From positions 1 to 35,072 of IMG/VR virus record IMGVR_UViG_3300005512_000142: a stretch of DNA of 35,072 nucleotides; one strand, written 5' to 3'. The first letter of the stretch is position 1, and each line of letters starts with the position of its first letter. Under the pieces are notes generated by a model. The model ran no database searches, had not been told where the DNA came from, and saw nothing but the letters and a program-made list of their open reading frames with translations. This stretch comes from a virus (Duplodnaviria > Caudoviricetes). Both the position numbers and the translations under genes were made by a program. Shown in pieces: positions 16,172 to 25,376 of this stretch.

Positions 16172-16974
16172 GGTAAGTACCTATCTTCGTTTTCATACTG
16201 CATAGCAAGGAGATCTTTATGCCTCGAATAAAATATTTTAGCATTCTTTTGGTTTGCCTTCAAGAGCCATGCTGCAGGAGATCCTGTCTCTTCCCGAGTT
16301 CCTCCCCACTCATCCCTAGTTTCAAAGTCAATCCAGTAACAACCACAAACCTTTCCAAGTTCCTTATGCATTCTATACATTAGATCATGATCATCCATAT
16401 CTTGAGGAGAGAACTCTTCATCAAAGTAATTCATCTTCTTCAAATCTGCATGGTCAATCATGAGAGGTCCACGATTAACAGTTGCTCTGACTGCAAAGAT
16501 GTCTCTAGGAATCTTACCGTTCTGAGCATGATCAGTATGGATCACAATGTCAGACCAGCAGTTGTCAAGATGCTCTTTCATATGAACATGCTGACTTGCA
16601 GGATTAATCACCCAGTTGTGTGCTGTCCTTGAGGTTACTGCGAAGACATCATCAAACTCGCGGAATGGTTTTTCCATTCTCTTGTTCCAACCGTCTTCTC
16701 TAATGATCATGTCATCCTGAACAATGATCACATACTCACCCTTTGCAATCCTAAGACCAGCATTATTTGCTTTAGTCTCAAAGACATCATCTTCATAGAT
16801 GACTGTTGTGTTTTCCTCTTTCATATTAGATAACACTATTCCCTCTGAGTTATCAGAGCATCCATCAAGAACGACGATCAGTTCATAGTCACCATGAGTA
16901 TTCTCATAGATCCCCTTCATCACATCTTCAACCAACCATCCTTTATTATGAACAGTCAGGATAATACTATGCAT
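16168..16974 (-). CDS. Glycosyltransferase family 2
   Basis: SIILTVHN, VVLDGCSDNS, NAGL and VQDD motifs. Confidence 0.9.
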   Translation of the reverse strand: MHSIILTVHNKGWLVEDVMKGIYENTHGDYELIVVLDGCSDNSEGIVLSNMKEENTTVIYEDDVFETKANNAGLRIAKGEYVIIVQDDMIIREDGWNKRMEKPFREFDDVFAVTSRTAHNWVINPASQHVHMKEHLDNCWSDIVIHTDHAQNGKIPRDIFAVRATVNRGPLMIDHADLKKMNYFDEEFSPQDMDDHDLMYRMHKELGKVCGCYWIDFETRDEWGGTREETGSPAAWLLKANQKNAKIFYSRHKDLLAMQYENEDRYLP

Positions 16975-17737
16975 TGATTACGTCCTCCATATGCACTTTC
17001 ATGTCAGTCAAGAACTGATCAATCGGGCGACGGAGCGTGTATCCAGTTGCTGCATTACGCTCATACCAATAGTCAACATTACACTCAAGATAACCACGAA
17101 TCTCTGGACCAACAACTGACAACTCGTGCTTAAGTGCAAGATTGGTCAAGATACTCTGATCACGACGATGTTCTTGGAATGTTTCAAAGTTTTCTTTACC
17201 AGATACATTATCATCATCAGTCAAGATGCGACGATCTGTGCAATACTCTAACCACTCTTGAAGAACTTTCTTTGACTTATCACAAACTTTCCAGAAGCAC
17301 ACACCAGCCTCTAGTTGAGTGACATCCCAATAGTCTTCATCATCACAATCCATATAAACAAAGCAGTCACGCTTAGTCCAATCTCTGTTAGGAAATCCTC
17401 CAAGCAAAAGAAGACATTCATCATCACCCATCAGTTGCTCAACTGCTTGAGGTAGTTGAGGATGGAACATATCATTGGTGTCACAATACATGATGATGTC
17501 ACCATCATCAAGTTTATTCATTGTATCAAGGAGAATATATGGTTTCCAAAGAAAGTACCCCTTACCAACTGCTTCTTCAAAGATCCCTTTGTTCTCTTCA
17601 TAGAAATCAGTCTTCTGAATCTCTTCCCAAGTATATGGGTGAATATTCATTTTGCACTTCTGCTTTGCAAACATATTGAGAAAATCTTGTCGCTTATAGA
17701 AGTTCTCGTCTGCAAATGTTACTAGGTTCCAAGACAT
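16967..17737 (-). CDS. Putative nucleotide-diphospho-sugar transferase
   Basis: GYFLWKPYI, MYCDT, WTKRD and HRRDQSIL motifs. Confidence 0.75.
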   Translation of the reverse strand: MSWNLVTFADENFYKRQDFLNMFAKQKCKMNIHPYTWEEIQKTDFYEENKGIFEEAVGKGYFLWKPYILLDTMNKLDDGDIIMYCDTNDMFHPQLPQAVEQLMGDDECLLLLGGFPNRDWTKRDCFVYMDCDDEDYWDVTQLEAGVCFWKVCDKSKKVLQEWLEYCTDRRILTDDDNVSGKENFETFQEHRRDQSILTNLALKHELSVVGPEIRGYLECNVDYWYERNAATGYTLRRPIDQFLTDMKVHMEDVINA

Positions 17738-18615
17738 AATCCACGCTCCTTCACGTAATCCTGATTCTTATAATACTCCAAGAGTTGATCCTTTGACAAG
17801 GTTTTCAACTGTTCCCACAACTCAAAGTTACGTTGCATATGTGGGTTATTAAACCATGAGTTTGGTGTTCTCTTATGCTCAAAGTGATAAGCATAGTTGT
17901 CAACTCTTTGAACATCATATCCTAGAGTTGTCCATCGGTGATGACGCTCTAAATCCTCTGGAGCATATGCGATAAATCCTTCATTCTCCAGTCCGCCACT
18001 GATATATGCTTCTTTCTTAAAGAACTGGCACATACCATACTCTGCCCAACCCTCACCTTGCTGATGAGGATAGTAGAAGTATTTGCCTTCCAATGCCCTC
18101 TCATCATAACCAGATTGAATATACATTTTGATTTCTGGATGCTTCTCAAAGTTTTCAATAGCAAGTGCATGTTCAAAGTTAGTATCTAACTTGACTTTAC
18201 GCTCACCCCTTTCACCAAAACGATATGGATAAACAACATCACAAGTCTTGAGTTTTTCTACTGCCTCAAGGTAACTAGAAACTGGAAGAATGATATCACT
18301 ATCATAGTTAACAACGATTTCAGTTTCTGCCAACATCACCATGTCATTCAAGACTTTGGTGCGATGGAAAGCATCATCGTCACGACTATGCTTTTCAAAA
18401 ATATAGTTTAGTCCACTCGTATCACCAACGATGCGTTTGATAGCAGGCAATGCCCACTGTCTGAACACTGGTTCCTCATCAATTTCTTTGATGATTACGT
18501 TAGTATCAAACGTATTCAGAAGAAATGAAGTGGTAAGGATAATATTCCTTAAACGATCATCAGTCTCAATCTGAAGTGGAATAATAAAAGTTACGTTTTT
18601 TAAATCGTGTTTCAT
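17722..18615 (-). CDS. GT-A glycosyltransferase with GT7 C-terminal-like motif
   Basis: NYDSD, GGLENEGFIAYAPED and YHFEH motifs. Confidence 0.8.
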   Translation of the reverse strand: MKHDLKNVTFIIPLQIETDDRLRNIILTTSFLLNTFDTNVIIKEIDEEPVFRQWALPAIKRIVGDTSGLNYIFEKHSRDDDAFHRTKVLNDMVMLAETEIVVNYDSDIILPVSSYLEAVEKLKTCDVVYPYRFGERGERKVKLDTNFEHALAIENFEKHPEIKMYIQSGYDERALEGKYFYYPHQQGEGWAEYGMCQFFKKEAYISGGLENEGFIAYAPEDLERHHRWTTLGYDVQRVDNYAYHFEHKRTPNSWFNNPHMQRNFELWEQLKTLSKDQLLEYYKNQDYVKERGLCLGT

Positions 18616-19415
18616 AATACTGTCCAAGTTTCAGGGAACAAGTCCTTAATGTTGTGATGTTGATTATTGGGTCCAAACCATACGGAAGGTGCCACAACTT
18701 TCTTACTATCATTCTGGCACAACCATGCACCCCACCAAGAGAAAGTGCTATTAGCGATAATAAAATCTTTACACTTACTCATCAAATAAAGATCATGATA
18801 AGGACTGTCTGTCTCGCAGACTAGGAAACGATCACTTGCGAACAATGGTTGATCTTTACACCACTTTGTATCATCAGAAAATATGACTATTTGTCTATCC
18901 TCATCAAACTCCTTCAGTGCCTTCTCATACCAATCAAGTGAAAGGTTATGGTGATTTCCACTGTTCCTCAAGAAATCACCTCTACGTATATGTAGGGCAA
19001 CAGAGTCACAACATAATTCTAAAGCTTCCTCACACTCATTAACAATGTAACTCTTAAAAGAAAAGTCTTCTAAAATCTCATCTCTGATATGTGAGAAGTA
19101 TTTCTCTGTTTGGAAATATCCAGCAATACTTTTACCATCAGGAAATCTATCAAAGTATGCTTGATCAAACTCAAACATTCTTTCCTGAAGAGGTTCTTCC
19201 AGAGAAGTCACTCCCCTGTTTTTTAGATGAACCAACTCAAATGGGACATAAAGTTCAATCCTAAGTCTATTGCCCAAGACATCTACGATCAACTCATTAT
19301 GATCGGGAATACCAAATTCCAGTCCTCTATTATTCGCTATACCACGAAGGGCAGCATACTGGAACATTTGATTGCCCAACTGCCCCATCTTACCAAGATA
19401 GTCTAAAAAAATCAT
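18612..19415 (-). CDS. Glycosyltransferase family 11 (alpha-1,2-fucosyltransferase-like)
   Basis: GQLGNQMFQYA, GYFQTEKYF, HIRRGDF, FSDD and NSTFSWWGAWL motifs. Confidence 0.95.
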   Translation of the reverse strand: MIFLDYLGKMGQLGNQMFQYAALRGIANNRGLEFGIPDHNELIVDVLGNRLRIELYVPFELVHLKNRGVTSLEEPLQERMFEFDQAYFDRFPDGKSIAGYFQTEKYFSHIRDEILEDFSFKSYIVNECEEALELCCDSVALHIRRGDFLRNSGNHHNLSLDWYEKALKEFDEDRQIVIFSDDTKWCKDQPLFASDRFLVCETDSPYHDLYLMSKCKDFIIANSTFSWWGAWLCQNDSKKVVAPSVWFGPNNQHHNIKDLFPETWTVL

Positions 19416-20269
19416 ATCGGTTTTCTAATCCAATCGGAAGGAACAAGATCTGAAATATCATCAATACCTGCTGCAGGTCCAAACCATTGATCTGGTGCAA
19501 CAACCTTCTTATTTGGATTGCTATTCAACCAAGCACCCCACCAAGAGAAAGATGAGTTGGCAGTGATATTATGACTACACAGTGTCATCAGACACAGGTC
19601 AGTATTGGGAACCAGTGAATGGCGCATCTGCCCATCAGCATCTTTATGTAGATGATTATAACGCTCCTCATTTTGAGAGAGCAAGAAACGATCACTAGAG
19701 AATACTTCTTGCTGTCCACACCATTCAATATCATCAGAGAAGACAAGGACTGGCATATCTTCAGGAAACTCCTCAAGAGCAGCAGCATAGTATTCCAGAG
19801 AACAAGTTGGATGATAGTTCTCAAGATTCACATAGTCAGTGCGACGAACATGAAGTGCAATGCATTCCCCAACGTCCTCAATCATCTCTTTACAAGGTTC
19901 AAGAATCTCATCCTTGAAAGTATAATCTGAACGAATCAGATCCTCTACATTCTTAAACCACTTCTCAGTCTGAAAGTAATCATCAAGATTGCAATCATCA
20001 GGACACTCATTAAAGAAATCCTCATAGAATCTAAACTCAGGAAGTTTATACGAGGGAAACTTATGAGGAACAAAACCAAAGTTTTCTGGTTTTACGCTAC
20101 CCATCTTAAAGCAGTCAAACAAACCATAGTTTGCTTCATACTTATCATCTGGGGGCGGAATCATAAAGTTGAATCCACGATGAGTCGCAATGCCGCGAAG
20201 AGCAGCATATTGAAACATCTGATTACCTAGTCTACCATTAGATCCAAGTCGGTTGTAACCAATCGTCAT
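19412..20269 (-). CDS. Glycosyltransferase family 11 (alpha-1,2-fucosyltransferase-like)
   Basis: GRLGNQMFQYA, HVRRTDY, FSDD and NSSFSWWGAWL motifs. Confidence 0.95.
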   Translation of the reverse strand: MTIGYNRLGSNGRLGNQMFQYAALRGIATHRGFNFMIPPPDDKYEANYGLFDCFKMGSVKPENFGFVPHKFPSYKLPEFRFYEDFFNECPDDCNLDDYFQTEKWFKNVEDLIRSDYTFKDEILEPCKEMIEDVGECIALHVRRTDYVNLENYHPTCSLEYYAAALEEFPEDMPVLVFSDDIEWCGQQEVFSSDRFLLSQNEERYNHLHKDADGQMRHSLVPNTDLCLMTLCSHNITANSSFSWWGAWLNSNPNKKVVAPDQWFGPAAGIDDISDLVPSDWIRKPI

Positions 20270-21324
20270 TTTGCTTCCTTCAGTTTAATTTGTTCACAGA
20301 TCCATTCATATGTCTTACGAATACCCTCTTCAAGACTTTGAGAGTAATCCCAACCAAGTTTCTCACGAATCAGATCATTGTTAGAGTTACGTCCACGCAC
20401 ACCAAGCGGTGCATCAAGTTTATGAATCTTCCTTACTACCTTACCAGAAACCTTAGCAGCAGTTTCTACCAGTTCATTGATCTTAACCATTTCTTCCGAA
20501 CCAATGTTTACTGGTCCAAGGAAGTCAGAGTCCATCAACCTTCTAGTCGCTTCAATGCATTCATCAATGAACAGGAAGGAACGAGTCTGTAAGCCATCTC
20601 CCCACACCTCGATGCCTCCACCGACCCCTGGAAGGTAAGCGACTTTACGGCAGATTGCAGCTGGCGCTTTCTCTCTTCCACCTTCCCAAGTTCCCTCTGG
20701 TCCAAAAATATTGTGATACCTAGCAATGCGAACAGGGATATCATGATTGCGATTGTATGCAAGGTAGAGTCGCTCACTAAAGAGTTTCTCCCATCCATAT
20801 TCCGAATCTGGGTTTGCTGGATATGCTGATTCTTCACGACAGTCAGGGTTGTCAGGGTCCATTTGGTTGTGCTCTGGATACATACAAGCAGAACCAGAGT
20901 AGAAGATTTTAGTTTTATTTACTTCATCACGTTCGTTACGCATTCTCTGACACTCAAGCACGTTCAGATTGATCTGAACAGAGTTGTGCATGATGTCTGC
21001 ATCGTTCTCGCCAGTGAATACGAAACCTGCGCCACCCATGTCAGCAGCGAACTGGTAGATCTCATCAAACGACTGAATATGATTATCAGGTACAAGTTGA
21101 TAAAAGTTACCCTGATAACCTTTGAACTGCAGGCATGAAGCAGTGAACTTCATATCCCGCAAATCACCCACGATGAACTCATGAGCTGCAGTCTCAGAAA
21201 ACTCTGGACGTTTAAGGTCTACGCCACGAACCCAGTATCCTTCAGATACCAGACGCTTCACCATGTGACTACCAATAAAACCACCAGCACCAAGAACCAA
21301 TGCTGTTTTTGTAAACTCAGACAT
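20266..21324 (-). CDS. GDP-mannose 3,5-epimerase-like SDR
   Basis: GAGGFIG, AADMGG, SACMYPE, YGWEK and GTWEGGREKAPAAICRK match recalled GME motifs. Confidence 0.85.
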   Translation of the reverse strand: MSEFTKTALVLGAGGFIGSHMVKRLVSEGYWVRGVDLKRPEFSETAAHEFIVGDLRDMKFTASCLQFKGYQGNFYQLVPDNHIQSFDEIYQFAADMGGAGFVFTGENDADIMHNSVQINLNVLECQRMRNERDEVNKTKIFYSGSACMYPEHNQMDPDNPDCREESAYPANPDSEYGWEKLFSERLYLAYNRNHDIPVRIARYHNIFGPEGTWEGGREKAPAAICRKVAYLPGVGGGIEVWGDGLQTRSFLFIDECIEATRRLMDSDFLGPVNIGSEEMVKINELVETAAKVSGKVVRKIHKLDAPLGVRGRNSNNDLIREKLGWDYSQSLEEGIRKTYEWICEQIKLKEAK

Positions 21325-21351
21325 TCTTTCCTTTATTGTTACCCGATATTT

Positions 21352-21385
21352 ATTATACAGAAAAAGGGGTGCTTTCGCAACCCCT
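21352..21385 (-). promoter_or_regulatory. Terminator/promoter composite
   Basis: AGGGGTTGC-GAAA-GCACCCCT hairpin with T-tract; TTGCGA-N17-TATAAT. Confidence 0.75.
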
Positions 21386-21391
21386 GTAGTA

Positions 21392-22321
21392 TTATCCGAA
21401 TCTCGTTATGAAGTCTCCATATGAGACTGTGACTCCAGATTCAAAAGGAACTTGCGGACTCCACCCAAGAGATTTTATCTTGGATACATCCATTACCTTT
21501 CGCATCGTTCCATTTGGTTTAGACGTATCCCACTCAATTTCTCCTTCATATCCAACAGTTCTTGCAATGGTTTCTGCCAAAGTTTTGATGCTGATTTCAC
21601 TACCAGATCCAACGTTAATAGGATCTTCCCCATCATAGTTGTTCATCAAAAATACACAGGCATCAGCAAGATCGTCAGTATAAAGAAACTCTCTAAGAGG
21701 AGTTCCGTCACCCCAGCAAGTTACAGTTGGTGATTCATTAATCTTTGCTTCATGAAATCTGCGAATCAAACCAGGCAATACATGAGAGTTTTCTGGATGA
21801 TAGTTATCACCAGGACCATACAGATTACATGGCATCACACTAATAGCATCAAATCCATACTGCTGACGATAAGACTTGCACAGGTAGATACCAGCAATCT
21901 TTGCTACTGCATAAGCATCATTAGTAGGTTCAAGTTTACCAGTCATCAACTGATCTTCAGTGATAGGTAGTTGAGGTTCCTTTGGATAGATGCATGAAGA
22001 TCCCAAGAACAAATACTTCTTGCATCCATTGCGATATGCAGCTTCAATCAAGTTACTTTCAATCATAAGGTTCTGATAAATCATCTCTGCCTTATGATTC
22101 TGATTACCAATAATGCCACCTACTTTAGCAGCAGCGTTAAAGACATACTTTGGTTCATGTGCTTTGAACCATTTGTTCACTTCTTTCTGTTTCGTAAGGT
22201 CAACATCTGATCTATCAACCGTCCAGATGTTAGTATATCCTGCAGATTTCAACTGCCTAACGATAGAAGATCCAACCAGTCCTTTGTGACCCGCAACAAA
22301 AATTCTAGATCCCTTTTTCAT
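21392..22321 (-). CDS. fcl: GDP-L-fucose synthase
   Basis: [36 protein letters not shown] and [10 protein letters not shown] motifs. Confidence 0.96.
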   Translation of the reverse strand: MKKGSRIFVAGHKGLVGSSIVRQLKSAGYTNIWTVDRSDVDLTKQKEVNKWFKAHEPKYVFNAAAKVGGIIGNQNHKAEMIYQNLMIESNLIEAAYRNGCKKYLFLGSSCIYPKEPQLPITEDQLMTGKLEPTNDAYAVAKIAGIYLCKSYRQQYGFDAISVMPCNLYGPGDNYHPENSHVLPGLIRRFHEAKINESPTVTCWGDGTPLREFLYTDDLADACVFLMNNYDGEDPINVGSGSEISIKTLAETIARTVGYEGEIEWDTSKPNGTMRKVMDVSKIKSLGWSPQVPFESGVTVSYGDFITRFG

Positions 22322-23315
22322 TTTTACACATATCCTCTACTAGTTGATCAAATGAGGTCTTAGGATACCAACCCAAAACTTCTCTTGCTTTTGTAGAATC
22401 CCCCAGAAGAGTGTCTACTTCTGCAGGACGGAAATACTTCTCATTGACTCTAACAACAGTCTTACCAGAGATAGTATCTACACCAACTTCCTCAAGTCCT
22501 TCACCTTGCCATTCAATATTCATATTGAAATAGGGAGCACACTTCTCTACAAACTCTCGAACAGAGTGCTGTTCATTTGTAGATACAACATAATCATCAC
22601 CCTTCTCCTGTTGAAGCATCATCCACATCGCTTCAACAAAGTCTCTTGCATGACCCCAGTCACGTAAAGAGTTCAGGTTACCAAGGTAAAGAGTATCCCA
22701 CTTTCCTTCTGCAATATTCTTAAGTGCGATAGTCACCTTACGAGTAACAAAAGTCTCACCCCGACGAGGAGATTCATGGTTAAAAAGAATACCAGAACCT
22801 GCATGAAGTCCATAGGACTCACGGTAGTTTTTGGTCAACCAATATGCATAAACCTTTGCACAACCATAAGGAGATCGTGGATAGAAAGGTGTAGTTTCTT
22901 TTTGAGGAATCTCTTGAACCTTACCAAACATTTCAGAGGTAGATGCTTGATAAACACGAACTTTATCTTCCATCCCTAAAAGACGAACTGCTTCAAGGAT
23001 GCGAAGAGTTCCAAGACCATCAACATTACCAGTGTATTCAGGAAGTTCAAACGATACCTTCACATGACTTTGAGCAGCAAGGTTATAGATCTCGTCAGGT
23101 TCTACCTTCTTAATAACGTTGACTACATTGGTGGAGTCTGTCAGATCTCCATAATGCAGTTGGATTTGTTTGTAGATATGATCAATCCTATGAGTGTTAA
23201 TCAGAGAACTACGCCTCACAACACCATGAACTTCATATCCTTTTTCAAGCAATAACTCTGCAAGATAAGAACCATCTTGCCCAGTAATGCCAGTAATAAG
23301 AGCAACTTTTTTCAT
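22305..23315 (-). CDS. gmd: GDP-mannose 4,6-dehydratase
   Basis: [27 protein letters not shown] and [16 protein letters not shown] motifs. Confidence 0.98.
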   Translation of the reverse strand: MKKVALITGITGQDGSYLAELLLEKGYEVHGVVRRSSLINTHRIDHIYKQIQLHYGDLTDSTNVVNVIKKVEPDEIYNLAAQSHVKVSFELPEYTGNVDGLGTLRILEAVRLLGMEDKVRVYQASTSEMFGKVQEIPQKETTPFYPRSPYGCAKVYAYWLTKNYRESYGLHAGSGILFNHESPRRGETFVTRKVTIALKNIAEGKWDTLYLGNLNSLRDWGHARDFVEAMWMMLQQEKGDDYVVSTNEQHSVREFVEKCAPYFNMNIEWQGEGLEEVGVDTISGKTVVRVNEKYFRPAEVDTLLGDSTKAREVLGWYPKTSFDQLVEDMCKNEKGI

Positions 23316-23335
23316 GCTACAATCTAGTTCATTTC

Positions 23336-23374
23336 AGTCTATCAAAAAAGGGTAGTTTATGCAACTACCCTTTT
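23336..23374 (-). promoter_or_regulatory. Terminator/promoter composite upstream of gmd
   Basis: AAAAGGGTAGTT/AACTACCCTTTT hairpin with T6; TTGCAT-N17-TAGACT. Confidence 0.7.
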
Positions 23375-23380
23375 CGGACA

Positions 23381-23640
23381 CATGCCCGCCACTTAGTTTT
23401 ATTATTTCAGTTGCTAAACAGGAAAACAACTCACACGAAAGGGGTCATTTGGATCCACCAATATATTTTTAACTGGAACATATAAACCAGGCGGGAGAGA
23501 GATCCCATCCACACCACTTGTTTTTATGGTAAAACAAGAAACCCGAGGGGTCTTTGACCCATCCCGACCAGGGTTTTTACAGACTCTCCATGTCTTGGGT
23601 CAGATTGACTCCACCACCTGTTTTGCCAAAAACAGGAAAC
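23381..23640 (-). ncRNA. Tandem structured RNA modules ending in UGGYG (wcaG RNA motif-like array)
   Basis: Four GUUU...stem...UGGYG units plus one UGGUC variant in the gmd-fcl leader. Family assignment is from recall. Confidence 0.7.
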
Positions 23641-23889
23641 TCAGAAGTTGAACTTCTTGTTCAAACGAACAATCAGATCTTCTAGTCTTGCTTCAAGAGC
23701 AGCGATTCTCTCTTCGCTAGCACCACCAGCTGCAGGTGCAGATCCTCCATCGCACTTTTTATGTGCCATTGATTCCAACGCCTGAAGGCGTACTTCTACC
23801 TGCTTATCGTACTGGGACATATGAACTGCCTTTTTCGATGCATCCGCTGCTGCAGTTTTAGCGGCAGCTTGTCTAGCTGATGTTGCCAT
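23641..23889 (-). CDS. Hypothetical coiled-coil protein
   Basis: 82-aa ORF; CCTAAATA late-like motif upstream. Confidence 0.75.
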   Translation of the reverse strand: MATSARQAAAKTAAADASKKAVHMSQYDKQVEVRLQALESMAHKKCDGGSAPAAGGASEERIAALEARLEDLIVRLNKKFNF

Positions 23890-23917
23890 AGTTAAATACT
23901 TAATTCTTCATCAGTAT

Positions 23918-24148
23918 TTAGGATACTACATCCCTCACATAGCAAGGAACACGTTCTGGATCTAACCATTTAGTGTATTCAAAATCTTCCATAGCAGTCA
24001 GAAGTTGCATCTGATTATCTAGGAGATACATGTCTGAGTAACGCTTGGTATACTCATTTGCTTTTTGGATTCTGTAGTCAGGGAACCCATTGTCTAGGGT
24101 TCCCGATTCAACATAACGATAGGGAAAACGTTCTAGAAGAACTTTCAT
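23918..24148 (-). CDS. Hypothetical protein
   Basis: 76-aa ORF with ATGA coupling and GAGG upstream. Confidence 0.8.
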   Translation of the reverse strand: MKVLLERFPYRYVESGTLDNGFPDYRIQKANEYTKRYSDMYLLDNQMQLLTAMEDFEYTKWLDPERVPCYVRDVVS

Positions 24149-24360
24149 GCCACCTCAACAGACTCAAGATCGGTAGCAACTTGCTCCATCAAAATATCAT
24201 AATCATCAAGGGGATCGCCAGAAAAAACGACACCGTTGTTCTCATAATAACGACGGACCTTTTTGAGAAGTTTCGGATTCTTCACATCAAGGAAAAAGTC
24301 ACCGTTTACAGCACCGCGTAGGGTTTGCAGATCTTTCTTGAACTTACTAGTCAGTGTCAT
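24145..24360 (-). CDS. Hypothetical protein
   Basis: 71-aa ORF downstream of a strong promoter. Confidence 0.8.
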   Translation of the reverse strand: MTLTSKFKKDLQTLRGAVNGDFFLDVKNPKLLKKVRRYYENNGVVFSGDPLDDYDILMEQVATDLESVEVA

Positions 24361-24383
24361 CGTCTTGTTTGGTTGACCATAGT

Positions 24384-24413
24384 ATTATACATGACAGATG
24401 GGGTATCTGTCAA
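24384..24413 (-). promoter_or_regulatory. Sigma70-like promoter TTGACA-N18-TATAAT with inverted repeat
   Basis: TGACAGAT-ACCCC-ATCTGTCA overlaps the -35; directly follows the tRNA-Ile 3' end. Confidence 0.75.
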
Positions 24414-24506
24414 TGGAAGTGGAGGGAGTCGAACCCACAACCGCGCACTAATCTGGTGCATACAGAAGGTATAAGCTTCTCGCTCTGCCAATTGAGCTAC
24501 ACTTCC
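24414..24506 (-). tRNA. tRNA-Ile(UAU) with a 25-nt variable region
   Basis: Acceptor GGAAGUG/CACUUCC; D stem GCUC/GAGC; anticodon arm AGAAG-CU UAU AC-CUUCU; T loop UUCGACU; one U-U mismatch in the T stem. Confidence 0.85.
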
Positions 24507-24513
24507 AAGAAGT

Positions 24514-24684
24514 TTATGTTGCTTCGTTGTGATCTGTATAGATGCGTATGAGTTCATCATCCGCTGGAACCATCACTGCTCTATCTCCATTCTCATTCTC
24601 TATACCTATTGCCTCTCCATTCTCCACTCTTTCAAAAAGAGTTTCCCAGTTCTCCTGCCAATACTCCACGGAATAAAACTGCAT
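24514..24684 (-). CDS. Phd/YefM antitoxin-like small protein (56 aa)
   Basis: YSVEYWQENWETLFERVENGEAIGIENENGDRAVMVP follows the Phd beta-alpha-alpha-beta-beta pattern. Confidence 0.55.
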   Translation of the reverse strand: MQFYSVEYWQENWETLFERVENGEAIGIENENGDRAVMVPADDELIRIYTDHNEAT

Positions 24685-24706
24685 AGTTGATAATATGTAT
24701 ATTAAA

Positions 24707-24780
24707 TCGGGCATATAAGATTTGAACTTATGACCTTCCCGCCCCAAACGGGACGCGCTACCAAACTGCGCTAATGCCCG
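24707..24780 (-). tRNA. tRNA-Pro(UGG)
   Basis: Cloverleaf with UCCCG-UU UGG GG-CGGGA; no encoded CCA. Confidence 0.95.
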
Positions 24781-24794
24781 ATTACTTTTATATC

Positions 24795-25076
24795 TTACCC
24801 CACCAACGGATGGTTGTCAATGGGTTCTAGTGTATAACTGGTTTCTGCTACGGTCCTGAGATAATCCTGAAAGTGCTGCTCAAGGTTATCAGACCCTTTG
24901 TTGCCTTGACTAACCCAATCATTACAGAACTCATAGACTGCCCTGCAATGGTCTTCTAAGTGGTGCTGAAGGGCACGGAAGACTTCTGCGCGAAGAAGCA
25001 TCCTTTCGTCGCTGTACCTCCAGTCTGTGTTCCTGAGAGCATCGGTGTGGTCATTCATCTTGAACATCATGATCAA
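24795..25076 (-). CDS. Hypothetical protein (start uncertain)
   Basis: ORF in a tightly packed run of small genes. Confidence 0.75.
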   Translation of the reverse strand: MIMMFKMNDHTDALRNTDWRYSDERMLLRAEVFRALQHHLEDHCRAVYEFCNDWVSQGNKGSDNLEQHFQDYLRTVAETSYTLEPIDNHPLVG

Positions 25077-25257
25077 CTTCCTGATAAGTATACTCTAAAA
25101 TGGCGCGATAGAAAGCATTCTTAAGAACATCTATATGTTCTTGTTCGCGGGGATCTCCTCCCGCCCATCTTTCCTTAAGAACAGTCATTGCCTTATGAAC
25201 AAGGCGAACATCCTGTATCTCAAAGTCAAATGTTATGATCGGTGGTAGGTCTTCCAT
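25051..25257 (-). CDS. Hypothetical protein
   Basis: 68-aa ORF; AATAAATA upstream. Confidence 0.75.
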   Translation of the reverse strand: MEDLPPIITFDFEIQDVRLVHKAMTVLKERWAGGDPREQEHIDVLKNAFYRAILEYTYQEVDHDVQDE

Positions 25258-25265
25258 AAGGATAT

Positions 25266-25376
25266 TTATTCACTGTCTCGTCTACCTATGAGGTATCCTA
25301 ACAGTATACCACTTAACCATGCAATGTAAAGATACAAAACACTGGCAACAAAATCAATGAACTCAGTCCAGTTCAT
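25266..25376 (-). CDS. Small TM protein (36 aa)
   Basis: MNWTEFIDFVASVLYLYIAWLSGILLGYLIGRRDSE. Confidence 0.6.
   Translation of the reverse strand: MNWTEFIDFVASVLYLYIAWLSGILLGYLIGRRDSE

Noticed and set aside
23381-23640. Mini CRISPR array
   Set aside because: Repeats are short and degenerate, conserved in pairing rather than sequence, with irregular spacing and no cas genes.
24357-24747. ORFs 24357-24560, 24354-24551 and the 5' part of 24514-24747
   Set aside because: They overlap tRNA-Ile or tRNA-Pro.
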